Part shown: in pieces, positions 1 through 11,243 of the stretch
Layout: the number at the start of each line of letters is the position of its first letter
How positions within the stretch are numbered: the first letter of the stretch is position 1
Assembly: GCA_016795285.1 (NCBI GenBank)
Contig: JAEUIC010000019.1
Location: 10,442 to 74,441 of the forward strand
Direction of reading: 5' to 3'
DNA from: Planctomycetota bacterium
Lineage (GTDB): Bacteria > Planctomycetota > B15-G4 > SIAN01
Length of the DNA: 64,000 nucleotides
Translations under genes and position numbers: made by a program
The notes under the pieces: generated by a model
The model's input: the letters and a program-made list of their open reading frames with translations, nothing else
Told to the model about the DNA's origin: nothing
Databases searched by the model: none

Positions 1-444
1 AGCGCGCAGCACCAGCATGCGGGCGTAGTAGGGGTCGTCGCTCTCGGCCGTGAGCCAGAGGTGGCGGATGATCCCGGCGCCGCTGATGCGAGCGATCGTC
101 ACCTCGGCACCGGCCGCGATCGGCAGGTAGTCGAGGTTGCTGTTCACGTCCTGGTGCGAGCTGGTGATGCGGTGGTAGCGCCCCTCGGGCGGGCGGAAGA
201 GGTCGGCGAGGCTCGGGACGGTGGCGCTCGCCGCGGAGGGCCCGCCGCCCGACTGCGCCGCGGCGTTCGGCGCGAGCGCGGCCAGCAGCGCGGCCAGCAG
301 CGCGACCAGCGGCGCGACGGCCAGCGGGTTCACGAGCCGGGCGAACGAGGCCAGCACACGCGCGGCGCGATCACGGAGGCGGCGCGAGCAGCGCGGGCGG
401 CGAAGGAGCGACGCTGCAACTGCGGAACAACGTTTCGTGTCCAT
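1..444 (-). CDS. DUF2961 (GH172-like) family secreted protein, 5' portion only; continues past the window start
   Basis: ATG at 444..442 (alternative GTG at 357) opens a frame with no stop down to position 1. Translation MDTKR...LASFARLVNPLAVAPLVALLAALLAALAPNAAAQSG is signal-peptide-like. The following ...RITSSHQDVNSNLDYLPIAAGAEVTIARISGAGIIRHLWLT resembles the DUF2961 N-terminal motif GPGxIxHIWxT. The provided ORF track does not list it because the ORF runs off the window edge. Confidence 0.55.
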   Translation of the reverse strand, partial: MDTKRCSAVAASLLRRPRCSRRLRDRAARVLASFARLVNPLAVAPLVALLAALLAALAPNAAAQSGGGPSAASATVPSLADLFRPPEGRYHRITSSHQDVNSNLDYLPIAAGAEVTIARISGAGIIRHLWLTAESDDPYYARMLVLRA

Positions 445-635
445 CGTCGTAGAGACTCCTCGAGCCGCGCCGCCCACCTCCCGGTAGGCGCGCGCGGCCC
501 GCTACCATTCGACCCGTCTCGTTCGCTCCGCCGTTCGACCGGCTGATCCACTCCACGTTCGCTCGCACGCGGCGCGCGCAGCACTCCACCCGACGATCCG
601 CCGCGGTGCGAACCTCTTCGAAGAAGGATGCCACG

Positions 636-3600
636 ATGGTGCGCGTTTCGATGGTCGGCACGCTCTTGTTGGTCGGCGCCGTCCTCCCGGTCTTCGCCAC
701 CCACCGCACCGCCGCCGGCACGCCGGCCCGCCGCGGATCGGTCGGCCCGAACGCGGGGCTCGACGGGGCGCCGCTGCTGCCGGCCAACGCGGTCGGCACG
801 TGGCGACTCGACAGCCTGCTCGACGCGGCGACCATCACCGGCATCGACCCGAGCGACGTCGATCCCGCCACCTTCGTCCTCCACGATCTGCGCTTCGACG
901 GCCCTGCCGGCGGAATCGTCCCGGCCGAGCTGCCGTTCGGTAGCGGCAAGGTCGCGACCGTCAACGGCGCCGCCCGCCTGACCGCGACCGGCAAGGCGGC
1001 CGCCTTCAAGATCAAGGTGCCGAAGACCGACGCGAGCGACGTCGGCGCGATCGCCTACAAGCTGCGCTCGAGCGACTGCAGCGAGGTCGCCCTCCTGCGC
1101 GACACGAGCGCGCTCTCGATGTTCGGCGCGAACGGCGGCGGTCCGGGCGGCCCGGGCGGCGGCAACTTCGGCGTCCCGTTCGGCGGCGGCGGCCCGCCGA
1201 TCCCGTTCGCGGGCGGTCGCTTCGGAGCGCCGCAAGGTGGCGGCGCTGGCGGTGGCGCGGGCGGTCCCGCCGGCGGGCGACCGCCGCAGGGCGGGCCCCC
1301 TGGCGGCGCCCCTCCGGCGGGCGGCCCCCCGCAAGGCCCCGGCGGCGCGCCGGGCGGCGGTGGCGCTCCGGCGGGAGTCGGGGCACCGCCTGCCGGTGGC
1401 CCACCGCCGGGTGGCGGGCCGGGGCCGGGCGGTCCGGGCTTCGGCCCCGGCGGCGGTCCTGGCGGCCTCGCCAACATGATCGCTGACATGAACCCGCGCG
1501 ACCTGCTCGGCAACGAGGTGCGCAAGCTCGAAGCCGACGGCGAGTGGCACACGCTCGCGCGGACCAACAAGGCGGGTGGCGGCGGCAACCGCTTCATGGG
1601 GATGCCGCAGCAAGCCGACTCCGGCGCGCCGCTCGAGGAGCTGGCGCTGGTCGTGCTGGTGCCGGCCGACAAGGCGGAGAGCGGGGTCACCGTCGATCTC
1701 GAATTCGTCCACGTGCTCGACTCGAAGGCCGACTACGCGGCGAAGACGGCAGCCCCGTGCACGCTCGAGCGCGCCCGCGTCCTCCACTCCGGCATGCACT
1801 TGAACACGCCGGCGTCGATCACCTGGCGGTTGGTGCCGCCCGCCGACGCGAAGCTGATCGCCGGCCTCACCGCGCTGAACGACGAGCCGTTCCAGCTGCT
1901 GATCCATGCCACCGCCGGCGGCAAGCGCGAGACGCTGCTCGATCGCGTCTGCGAAGGGGGCGACGCCGTCGAGCCGCTCGCGATCGACCTCTCGGCCTTC
2001 GCCGGACAGGAGACCGCGCTCGAGGTCGAGGTGATCGAGGAGGTCGAACCGAACGTCGCCTTCCTGCTGCAGCCGCTGGTCTACGGCGCGCGCCAGGACG
2101 GCGTGCGCAACGTGATGCTCTATTTCTGCGACACGCTGCGCGCCGACGCGCTGTCGAGCTACGGCAACTCGCGGCCGACGACGCCCCACCTCGACGCGCT
2201 CGCCGCCGACGGCATCCGCTTCGAGCGCTGCTTCAGCCAGGGGGCATGGACCTACGTCTCGATGCCCTCGTCGCTCTCCTCGCTCTTCCCGAGCGTGAAC
2301 GGCGTCAAGCTCGGCGGCGAACAGATCGCCGGCTCGGTGACGACCATCGCCGAGGCGTTCCGCGAGGCGGGCTACCTGACGGCCGCCTTCATCCGCAACG
2401 ACTTCGTCGGCCCCACCACCCACACCGAGCAGGGATTCGACTTCTTCTTCCCGGGCGACACGATCGGCGCCGCGGGCGGCGCCGGCTTGCAGCAGGCGAT
2501 CGCCCGCATGTTCGGCCGCAATCCGCTGAATGCCGACGCCGGCCAGGGCGGGATGAACTTCAACAGCGGCTCGTCGCGCGACCTCTTCGTGAAGGCGAAG
2601 CCGTGGCTCGACCAGTACCGCGACGTGCCGTTCGTCCTCTACCTGCACGCCGTCGATCCGCACGACCCGTACGACCCCGACCAGTTCGATCGCTCGAAGT
2701 TCATGAGCGCTGAGGACGACGCGCAGTTCGCGGCGATGCAGACGAAGCTGAACGACTTCCGCGCGAAGCAGCAGCCGCAGTTCGGCGGGCCGGGCGGCGC
2801 CATCGTGGTCCCGGGACCGGGAGGCGGGAACTTCGTGGTCGGGCCGGGCGGCGTCGTGCAGGCACCCGCTGCAACGCCTGCTGCAACGCCTGCTGCAACG
2901 CCTGCTGCAACGCCTGCTGCAACGCCTGCCGCCAACCCCGCTGCGCCGCCTGCGACGGGCGACGCGACGGCGGCGGCGCCTGAGGCGACGCCCGCGGGCG
3001 ACGGCGCTCCCGCCGCGGTGGCCGCTGCGCCGACGCCCGCGGCACCCCCGGCGGGCGGCCGCGTACGCGGCAGCGAGGCGATGGACGAGTACATCGCCGC
3101 CGGCGTCGATCCGCACGAGTTCATGCGGTTGCAGCGGATCATCTACGACGCCGAGCTGCACTACTTCGATCGCCACTACAAGCAGCTGCGCGACTACTTC
3201 GCCGAGCACGGCCTCACGCAGCACTCGATCTTCAGCTTCAACGCCGACCACGGCGAGGAGTTCCTCGACCATGGCGCCACCGGCCACGGCCAGTCGGTCT
3301 ACGCCGAGCTGAACCACGTGCCGTGGATCCTCTCCGCACCCGGCTTGTTGCCGGCCGGCAAGGTGGTCGGCGACAACGTCGCCAACGTCGACCTCGGCCC
3401 GACGCTGCTCGGCCTCGCCGGCGTGACGCCGCCCGACACGATGCAGGGGCGCAACCTCGCCGCCGAGCTGCAGAACGGCGACGAGCTGCCCGCCTTCGCG
3501 ATCTTCACCGAGAAGTGGGAAGGCGGCATGTTCGGCGGCGGCAGCGGCGGCGACGCCAACGGCGAGATCCTCGGCAGCTTCGCGGTGATCGAAGGGCGCT

Positions 3601-3884
3601 GGAAGACGATCGTCCATCGCACGATGGGGCCGGCGGTCGGCGCCGACGGCAAGCCGAGCGGCAAGCAGGAGTTGAAGATCGACTACGAGGTCTACGACCT
3701 GCTCGCCGACATGACCGACTCGCACGATCTCGTCGCCAGCGAGCGGCCGCGCGCCGAAGCGGCGAACCAGCGGCTCGAGCTGTGGGTCGCCGAGATGCGG
3801 AAGCTGAACGCGCGCTACGCCGGCGAGCAGACGGAGAACGACGGCGCGCTCGACATGATGCGGGCGCTCGGCTACGCGCAGTGA
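636..3884 (+). CDS. Secreted sulfatase-like hydrolase/transferase (alkaline-phosphatase superfamily) with low-complexity inserts
   Basis: ORF 606..3884. The ATG at 636 has an AGGA 8 nt upstream and is followed by a classic signal peptide, MVRVSMVGTLLLVGAVLPVFA. The central region NVMLYFCDTLRADALSSYGNSRPTTPHLDALAADGIRFERCF and the C-terminal HGEEFLDHGATGHGQSVY are sulfatase/LTA-synthase-like. There is no canonical C/S-x-P-x-R formylglycine motif. It contains a Gly/Pro-rich linker of about 120 aa and an (AATP)n insert. Confidence 0.7.
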   Translation: MVRVSMVGTLLLVGAVLPVFATHRTAAGTPARRGSVGPNAGLDGAPLLPANAVGTWRLDSLLDAATITGIDPSDVDPATFVLHDLRFDGPAGGIVPAELPFGSGKVATVNGAARLTATGKAAAFKIKVPKTDASDVGAIAYKLRSSDCSEVALLRDTSALSMFGANGGGPGGPGGGNFGVPFGGGGPPIPFAGGRFGAPQGGGAGGGAGGPAGGRPPQGGPPGGAPPAGGPPQGPGGAPGGGGAPAGVGAPPAGGPPPGGGPGPGGPGFGPGGGPGGLANMIADMNPRDLLGNEVRKLEADGEWHTLARTNKAGGGGNRFMGMPQQADSGAPLEELALVVLVPADKAESGVTVDLEFVHVLDSKADYAAKTAAPCTLERARVLHSGMHLNTPASITWRLVPPADAKLIAGLTALNDEPFQLLIHATAGGKRETLLDRVCEGGDAVEPLAIDLSAFAGQETALEVEVIEEVEPNVAFLLQPLVYGARQDGVRNVMLYFCDTLRADALSSYGNSRPTTPHLDALAADGIRFERCFSQGAWTYVSMPSSLSSLFPSVNGVKLGGEQIAGSVTTIAEAFREAGYLTAAFIRNDFVGPTTHTEQGFDFFFPGDTIGAAGGAGLQQAIARMFGRNPLNADAGQGGMNFNSGSSRDLFVKAKPWLDQYRDVPFVLYLHAVDPHDPYDPDQFDRSKFMSAEDDAQFAAMQTKLNDFRAKQQPQFGGPGGAIVVPGPGGGNFVVGPGGVVQAPAATPAATPAATPAATPAATPAANPAAPPATGDATAAAPEATPAGDGAPAAVAAAPTPAAPPAGGRVRGSEAMDEYIAAGVDPHEFMRLQRIIYDAELHYFDRHYKQLRDYFAEHGLTQHSIFSFNADHGEEFLDHGATGHGQSVYAELNHVPWILSAPGLLPAGKVVGDNVANVDLGPTLLGLAGVTPPDTMQGRNLAAELQNGDELPAFAIFTEKWEGGMFGGGSGGDANGEILGSFAVIEGRWKTIVHRTMGPAVGADGKPSGKQELKIDYEVYDLLADMTDSHDLVASERPRAEAANQRLELWVAEMRKLNARYAGEQTENDGALDMMRALGYAQ
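2868..2927 (+). repeat. Perfect 12-bp tandem repeat gctgcaacgcct x5, in-frame, encoding (AATP)5 inside the sulfatase-like CDS
   Basis: Five identical direct copies at 2868-2927, followed by degenerate copies (gccgccaacccc...). Confidence 0.85.
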
Positions 3885-3897
3885 ATGGAGCAGAACC

Positions 3898-4431
3898 GTG
3901 GGTGACCTGCGCGACGCCTTCAAGAAGGCGGGGCTGATCGACGACAAGACCGACCGCCGCTTGAAGCACGAGCAGCGCGTCGAGAAGAAGGAGCTCGGCC
4001 GCGAGGGGCTCGAGGAGCAGCGCCGCCGCGAGGAGGCGGAGCGGGCGCAGCGGGACGCGCAGAAGAAGGCCGACGTGAAGGCGGCGCAGGCGCGGCTCGA
4101 CGCCGACAAGCAGCGCACCGAGCGGCAGAAGAAGCTGCGCGCCGCGCTCGACGAGCAGGCGATCCGCGGGACCGGCGGCCCGCGCCGCTTCCACTGGGTC
4201 GATGCCGAGGGGTACTGCCCCTGGATCGCGCTGGACGACACGACCGGGCGGCGGATCGAAGCGGGCGAGATCGCGTTGGTGCTGCTGCCCGATCGCGGCG
4301 AGACGGCGCTGGTGCCGCGCGCGCTGGCGCTCGAGCTCCACGCGAGCTACCCCCACCTGCTGCTCCACCTCGCGGGCGGCAGCGGTGGCGCGGCGGGCGG
4401 GCCGGCGGGCGGCGAGTCGGCCGGTCGCTGA
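3898..4431 (+). CDS. DUF2058 family protein (YaiL-like)
   Basis: GTG start with GGAG 9 nt upstream. N-terminus MGDLRDAFKKAGLIDDKT..., then a charged K/E/R-rich coiled segment, then ...FHWVDAEGYCPWIALDD. This is the DUF2058 architecture. Starts 13 nt after the sulfatase-like stop. Confidence 0.55.
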   Translation: MGDLRDAFKKAGLIDDKTDRRLKHEQRVEKKELGREGLEEQRRREEAERAQRDAQKKADVKAAQARLDADKQRTERQKKLRAALDEQAIRGTGGPRRFHWVDAEGYCPWIALDDTTGRRIEAGEIALVLLPDRGETALVPRALALELHASYPHLLLHLAGGSGGAAGGPAGGESAGR

Positions 4432-4619
4432 GCGCGCGCCCCACGGGAAACGCCGGTCGTTACGGCAAACGACTTGCGATCGGTCGAGCGGCTCCGGCCG
4501 CGCGGGCGGCGGCGCCGTGCATCGATTGGCTCGCCCTTCGTGCGCCGCGGGAAACGGCGCGGCCGGGCGGGATTCCCCGCGCCGCCTCCTTGGCTGACCC
4601 CGTCGACTCCCCCACCACC

Positions 4620-4859
4620 ATGGCCGACAAGAACCAACGCTTCGAAGACAACGTCGGCGGCCCCTGGTACGTCGACAAGTCGTGCATCCTCTGCTCGCTC
4701 TGCTCCGACCTCGCGCCGAAGAACTTCCGCGAGAGCCAGGACGGCGACCACGACGTCGTCTACAAGCAGCCCGAGACGCCCGAAGAGCTGGCGCAGTCGC
4801 AGCAGGCGAAGCTGCAGTGCCCGGTCGAGGCGATCGGCGACGACGGCGACCCGGCCTGA
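4620..4859 (+). CDS. Small single-cluster [Fe-S] ferredoxin
   Basis: MADKNQRFEDNVGGPWYVDKSCILCSLCSDLAPKNF...LQCPVEAIGDD has a CxxCxxC...CP cluster-binding pattern. An alternative in-frame ATG lies at 4590. Confidence 0.7.
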   Translation: MADKNQRFEDNVGGPWYVDKSCILCSLCSDLAPKNFRESQDGDHDVVYKQPETPEELAQSQQAKLQCPVEAIGDDGDPA

Positions 4860-4906
4860 CGGCGCCACCGGGCTCCGCACCGGGATCCCGCTCCCCGCGC
4901 CGCCGC

Positions 4907-6058
4907 TCAGCGTGACGCGACCGCGACCTGCTCGGCGCTGAGTTCGACGCGCACCACGCACCAGCTGTCGGGATCGCGCCGCGTCGCGTAGCGGGCGTCG
5001 CCGAGATGGACGGTCGCGCCGCCGTCGTTGCGTCGTTCCGACCAGCCCCACGGCAGCCGCGCGAAGGAGCGCATCGCCACCGCCGCGGGCTGCTGCCAGG
5101 CGAGCCGCACCAGCGGATCGTCGGCGCCAGTGGCAAGGCCGTCCGCGGCGTGCGCGCCGCTCGCGTCGACGGCGCCGCGCACCACCTCGCGCCCGACCAG
5201 GTCGAAGGTGCGCCAGCGCACCCGCGTGCCGTCGTCGAACGCGAACGACCAGCGCGTCGGATCGGCCACCGCCGGCGAGCGCATGCGCAACGTCGCGGCG
5301 CGCACGGGATCGGCGCGCACCTGCGCCTCGGCGCGCGCCCCGCAGGCGAGCAGCAGCGCGAGGTAGCCGGCCACCCCCGCCGCGCCGACGGCGACGACGC
5401 GGCCCGGCCGCTCGACACCGAACCGCCCCGCGCGCAGCACGGCGAGCAGCAGCAGCAACGGCGGGAAGGCGAGCTTGACGAACCCTGGTGAACGATCGTG
5501 GAGCAGCAATACGGCGAGCGCCGCGGCGCCGAGCAGCCCCCAGACGACGTGGCCGGCGCGCCACCGCGGTCCCGCCAATGCCGCCGTCGCGCCGAGCAGC
5601 AGCCAGAGCCACGGATCGACGATGAAGACGAGGTCGCCGAAGTGGCGCAGCGTGGAGAACGGCAACCACGGCCGCACGCCGTAGTTGTTGAGGAAGTCGA
5701 GCAGCGGATGGGTCAGCAGGCCGACCGCCGCGGGCAGCAGATGAGCGCTCCACGGCAACGGGGCGCCGTGCAGTGCGCCGTTCGTCGCGCCGCGGCCGCC
5801 GCGCTCGCACCAGCGGATCGCTGCGGCCAACAGCAGCGCCTGCACCGCGAGGCCGAGCATCGCATGGGTGATGCCGCGGTGGTGGACGAGGTAGGCGGCG
5901 CGGCGCGCCATCTCGTCGGCGCCGAACAGCATCACGACGGCGTCGGCATCGGGCAGGTTCGCGCCGAGCAGCAGCGACAGCGGCGCGAGCGGCGAGAGGC
6001 GACCGAGCCGCGTCTTCGCCAGCGCGGCGCCGCAGAGCGTGTGGGTCAGGTTGTCCAA
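4907..6058 (-). CDS. DUF457 (YdjM-like) membrane-bound metal-dependent hydrolase with C-terminal extension
   Basis: Within ORF 4907..6355. Proposed TTG start at 6058 gives (M)DNLTHTLCGAALAKT..., matching the DUF457 N-terminal xxLTHxxxG motif. It has a second ...GITHAMLG motif and multiple TM helices. The upstream portion of the ORF is R/S-rich junk. The start codon is uncertain. Confidence 0.55.
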   Translation of the reverse strand: MDNLTHTLCGAALAKTRLGRLSPLAPLSLLLGANLPDADAVVMLFGADEMARRAAYLVHHRGITHAMLGLAVQALLLAAAIRWCERGGRGATNGALHGAPLPWSAHLLPAAVGLLTHPLLDFLNNYGVRPWLPFSTLRHFGDLVFIVDPWLWLLLGATAALAGPRWRAGHVVWGLLGAAALAVLLLHDRSPGFVKLAFPPLLLLLAVLRAGRFGVERPGRVVAVGAAGVAGYLALLLACGARAEAQVRADPVRAATLRMRSPAVADPTRWSFAFDDGTRVRWRTFDLVGREVVRGAVDASGAHAADGLATGADDPLVRLAWQQPAAVAMRSFARLPWGWSERRNDGGATVHLGDARYATRRDPDSWCVVRVELSAEQVAVASR

Positions 6059-6104
6059 CGCGAGCGCCCCCGGACCGCCAACCGTGGCATCGCTTCCGTC
6101 ACGC

Positions 6105-7358
6105 TCATCCGTTCCGCTCGGGCGGCGCGCGCGGCGGCCGCGGCTTCGGGCCGACGTCGGGACCGGGCGGCGCGCGATCGAGCAGCGAGCCGCGCGTGAC
6201 CACCCCCTCGCCGAACCGGGCGCAGAGCTCGTCGACGGCGCGCGCCACCGCTCGCCCCTGCCGCACCGCCTTCTCCTCGAAGAGCGCCGGCTGCACGGCG
6301 CCGAAATGGGAGAGCGAGACGCCGACCAGGCGGATCGCGCGACGCGTCGTGTCACAGCGCGAGAGCAGCTTCCGGGCGACCGGCAGCAGCGCCTCGGTGG
6401 TGTCGACCGCGCTCTCGAGCGTCGCCGCGCGCGTCACCGTCTCGAAGTCGTCGGTGCGCAGCTTGACCGTCACGGTGCGCCCCGCGAGGCCGTGACGGCG
6501 CAGCCGCGCGGTGAGCTGCTCGACCAGCGCGAGCAGCAGGCGGGCGACCTCGTCGCGATCGGCGACGTCGACCTCGAAGGTGTGCTCGCGGCCGAGCGAC
6601 TTGGCGGCGCGCTCCGGCTCGACGGGGCGATCGTCCATCGCGCGGGCGAGCGCCTGCAAGTGGGCGCCGCCGTCGCCGCCGAAGGCCGCCGCGAGGTGGC
6701 TCGGAGCGAGCGCCGCGACATCGCCGATCGTCCGCGCGCCGAGCTGGTGGAGGCGCGCCGCCGTCTTCGGGCCGGCGCCCCAGAGGCGCTCGAGCGGCAG
6801 CGGCGCGAGGAAGGCGGCGGCGGCGCCGGGCGCGCCGTCGACCACCACGAGACCGGCGGGCTTCCTCAGGTCGCTGGCGATCTTCGCGACGAACTTGCAG
6901 GGGGCGACGCCGACCGAGACCGAGAGGCGCTCCTCGTCGCGCACCGCGCGCTGGATCGCGCGCGCGATGGTCGGGCCGTCGCCATGCAGCCGCTCGCTGC
7001 CCGTGACGTCGAGGAACGCCTCGTCGACCGAGAGCGGCTCGACGAGGTCGGTGAAGCGCTCGAGCAGCGCGAAGAAGCGCTGCGACACCGCGAGGTAGAG
7101 CTCCATGCGCGGCGGCAGGAAGACGGCGTCGGGGCAGAGCGAGTAGGCGCGGCCGATCGGCTGCGCCGAGTGGATGCCGAAGCGGCGCGCCTCGTAGCTC
7201 GCCGCCGAGACGACGCCGCGGCCGCGGCCGCCCTTCGGATCGGCCCCCACCACCACCGGCCGACCGGCGAGCGACGGCTGCTCGCGCACCTCGACCGCCG
7301 CGTAGAAGGCGTCGAGGTCGACGTGGAGGATCGTGCGGGGCGTCGCGGCGGCGGTCAC
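6105..7358 (-). CDS. dinB: DNA polymerase IV (Y-family translesion polymerase)
   Basis: ILHVDLDAFYAAVEVRE...VSAASYEARRFGIHSAQP...LSVDEAFLDVTG is the canonical DinB N-terminus. Full length about 417 aa. Confidence 0.9.
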   Translation of the reverse strand: MTAAATPRTILHVDLDAFYAAVEVREQPSLAGRPVVVGADPKGGRGRGVVSAASYEARRFGIHSAQPIGRAYSLCPDAVFLPPRMELYLAVSQRFFALLERFTDLVEPLSVDEAFLDVTGSERLHGDGPTIARAIQRAVRDEERLSVSVGVAPCKFVAKIASDLRKPAGLVVVDGAPGAAAAFLAPLPLERLWGAGPKTAARLHQLGARTIGDVAALAPSHLAAAFGGDGGAHLQALARAMDDRPVEPERAAKSLGREHTFEVDVADRDEVARLLLALVEQLTARLRRHGLAGRTVTVKLRTDDFETVTRAATLESAVDTTEALLPVARKLLSRCDTTRRAIRLVGVSLSHFGAVQPALFEEKAVRQGRAVARAVDELCARFGEGVVTRGSLLDRAPPGPDVGPKPRPPRAPPERNG

Positions 7359-7403
7359 GGCGCGATCATGCAGCGGCCGCCGCAGAGGCGCGAGCGCCGA
7401 CGA

Positions 7404-8435
7404 TCAGCGCTCGACCATCGGCGGCAGGATGAAGGCGAACCCCTTCGAGAAGAGGAACCCGAGCACGATGCAGACCGGGAAGGTGAGCAGCCACGCGTAG
7501 AGGATCTTCTTGCCGACCTCCCAGCGCACGCGCCGCATCCCCTTCGCGGCGGCGACGCCGGTGATGGAGCCGGTGATCGCGTGGGTGGTGCTGAGCGGGA
7601 TCCCGTGGCTGGTGCAGACGAAGATCGTGGTGGCGGCCCCCATCTCGGCGGCGAACCCTTGGTAGGTCTCGAGGTGGGAGAGGCGGCTGCCCATCGTCTT
7701 GATGACCGACCAACCGCCCACCATCGAGCCGACCCCCATCGCGATCGCGCAGGTGATCCGCACCCAGACCGGCACGTGCCATTCGGCGCCCGCGGCGCCG
7801 CCCGCCATCAGCGCGCCGGTGATGATCCCCATCGCCTTCTGCGCGTCGCCGGTGCCGTGCGAGAAGGCCATGTAGGCCGCCGACACGATCTGCAGCTTCC
7901 CGAAGACCGACGTCACGCGCCGCGGCTTCCAGTTCTTGCAGATCCAGCAGACGGCGGTGACCACGGCCATGCCGAGCAGGAAACCGATGATCGGCGAGGT
8001 GAAGACGCCGATCACGATCTTCTTGATGCCGGCGCCAGCGAGCGCATCGCTGCCCGCCGTCGCGATGACCGCGCCGACCAGCGCCCCCATCAGCGAATGG
8101 GAGCAGCTGATCGGCAGCCCGCGCCAGGTGCAGAGCGTGATCCAGAGCGGCGCCGCGACCAACGCGGCGATGTAGGTGGCGCTGGTCAGCAGCGCCGGGT
8201 CGGCGATCTCCTTGCCGACCGTCTTCGCCACCTCGCCGCTGACCAGCGCGCCGACGAAATTGAAGAAGGCGCCGAACAGCACGGCCGTGACCGGCTTCAG
8301 CACGCGGGTGCAGACGGCGGTGGCGATGGCGTTGGAGGCGTCGTTCCAGCCGTTCGCGAGGTCGAAGAGGATGGCGCCGGCGACGATCAGCCAGCCGACC
8401 CAGCCGAGGTGGTCGATCGCTTCGAGGAAGCTCAT
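7404..8435 (-). CDS. pit: Inorganic phosphate transporter, PiT family
   Basis: GWNDASNAIATAV and ...THAITGSITGVAAA motifs. Polytopic membrane protein. Confidence 0.9.
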   Translation of the reverse strand: MSFLEAIDHLGWVGWLIVAGAILFDLANGWNDASNAIATAVCTRVLKPVTAVLFGAFFNFVGALVSGEVAKTVGKEIADPALLTSATYIAALVAAPLWITLCTWRGLPISCSHSLMGALVGAVIATAGSDALAGAGIKKIVIGVFTSPIIGFLLGMAVVTAVCWICKNWKPRRVTSVFGKLQIVSAAYMAFSHGTGDAQKAMGIITGALMAGGAAGAEWHVPVWVRITCAIAMGVGSMVGGWSVIKTMGSRLSHLETYQGFAAEMGAATTIFVCTSHGIPLSTTHAITGSITGVAAAKGMRRVRWEVGKKILYAWLLTFPVCIVLGFLFSKGFAFILPPMVER

Positions 8436-8448
8436 CGGGGCGCGCCGG

Positions 8449-9072
8449 TCACGAGTGCCGGATCACGATCGACTCGACCACGTTGGCGACGTCCGAGCAG
8501 GAGTCGGTCGCCTTCTCGAGGTCGCCGTAGATGTCCTTCCACTTGATGATGTCGACGGCGTCGAGCTTGTGGTCGAAGAGCGCCGCGAGGCCGTGCTGCT
8601 CGATGCGGTCGCCTTCCGACTCGAGCTGCTGGATCTGCAGGCAGGTGTTGAGGATCACCTGCGGCTTCTTCAGGTTGCGCAGCTGCGGCATCAGCTCGCG
8701 GATCAGCGCGGTCGACTGGCGCAGCACCTTGCCGAGCGCACGCGCATCTTCGGTCGGCTTGTCGACGCGGTAGAGCACCAACCGGCTCGCCGCCTCGTCG
8801 ATGTGGTCGAGCACGTCGTCCATCCGGCAGACGAGCTCGTGGATCTCCTCGCGGTCGAACGGCGCGAGGAACGTGCGGTTCAGCTTCTCGATCGCCTCGC
8901 GCGTCAGGTGGTCCCCGGCGTGCTCGACGTTGTTGATCTGCTTGGCCTTGTTGGCGAGGTCGGTGAAGTCGGTCAGGAAGGCGTCGAGCAGCTGCCCGGA
9001 CTCCTGCAGGTTGTCGGCGGCGCGCTCGAAGAGGTCGAAGAAGCCTTCATCCTGCGGCAGCAATCGGACCAC
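8449..9072 (-). CDS. DUF47 / PhoU-like phosphate transport regulator (TIGR00153-type) paired with pit
   Basis: About 207 aa helical protein (…HAGDHLTREAIEKLNRTFLAPFDREEIHELV…) located 13 nt upstream of pit. This is a conserved pairing. Confidence 0.8.
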   Translation of the reverse strand: MVRLLPQDEGFFDLFERAADNLQESGQLLDAFLTDFTDLANKAKQINNVEHAGDHLTREAIEKLNRTFLAPFDREEIHELVCRMDDVLDHIDEAASRLVLYRVDKPTEDARALGKVLRQSTALIRELMPQLRNLKKPQVILNTCLQIQQLESEGDRIEQHGLAALFDHKLDAVDIIKWKDIYGDLEKATDSCSDVANVVESIVIRHS

Positions 9073-9231
9073 GGGGTGCCCTCTCGTCGGGCGGCGCGCG
9101 GGCAGCCGCCTCTTTACCGTCGCTTCACCTGTTCTTTACAGGGCGGAGGACGGTAGGCGCCGGTCGCGAGCGAAGCAAGCGCGCCGATCGTCGCAGCGGC
9201 GCGCCCCGCCGGGTGGCCGCCGCCGCGGCGC

Positions 9232-11208
<1,977 letters not shown>

Positions 11209-11243
11209 CGCCGCAACATACCGGCCTTCCCTGGAGAGCTGCG

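Noticed and set aside
330-4241. 1303-aa minus-strand ORF (and 61..546+, 1055..1690-) overlapping the sulfatase-like gene
   Set aside because: Extreme Arg/Ala/Gly/Ser composition with no motifs; typical antisense ORF of a high-GC gene. The partner frame has signal peptide plus family motifs.
7359-7403. Canonical LexA (SOS) box upstream of dinB
   Set aside because: The 45-nt gap shows none of the known LexA-box classes (CTGT-N8-ACAG, CGAACRNRYGTTYC, GTTC-N7-GTTC, Myxococcus-type CTRHAMRYBYGTTCAGS). dinB may be read through from pit or regulated differently.
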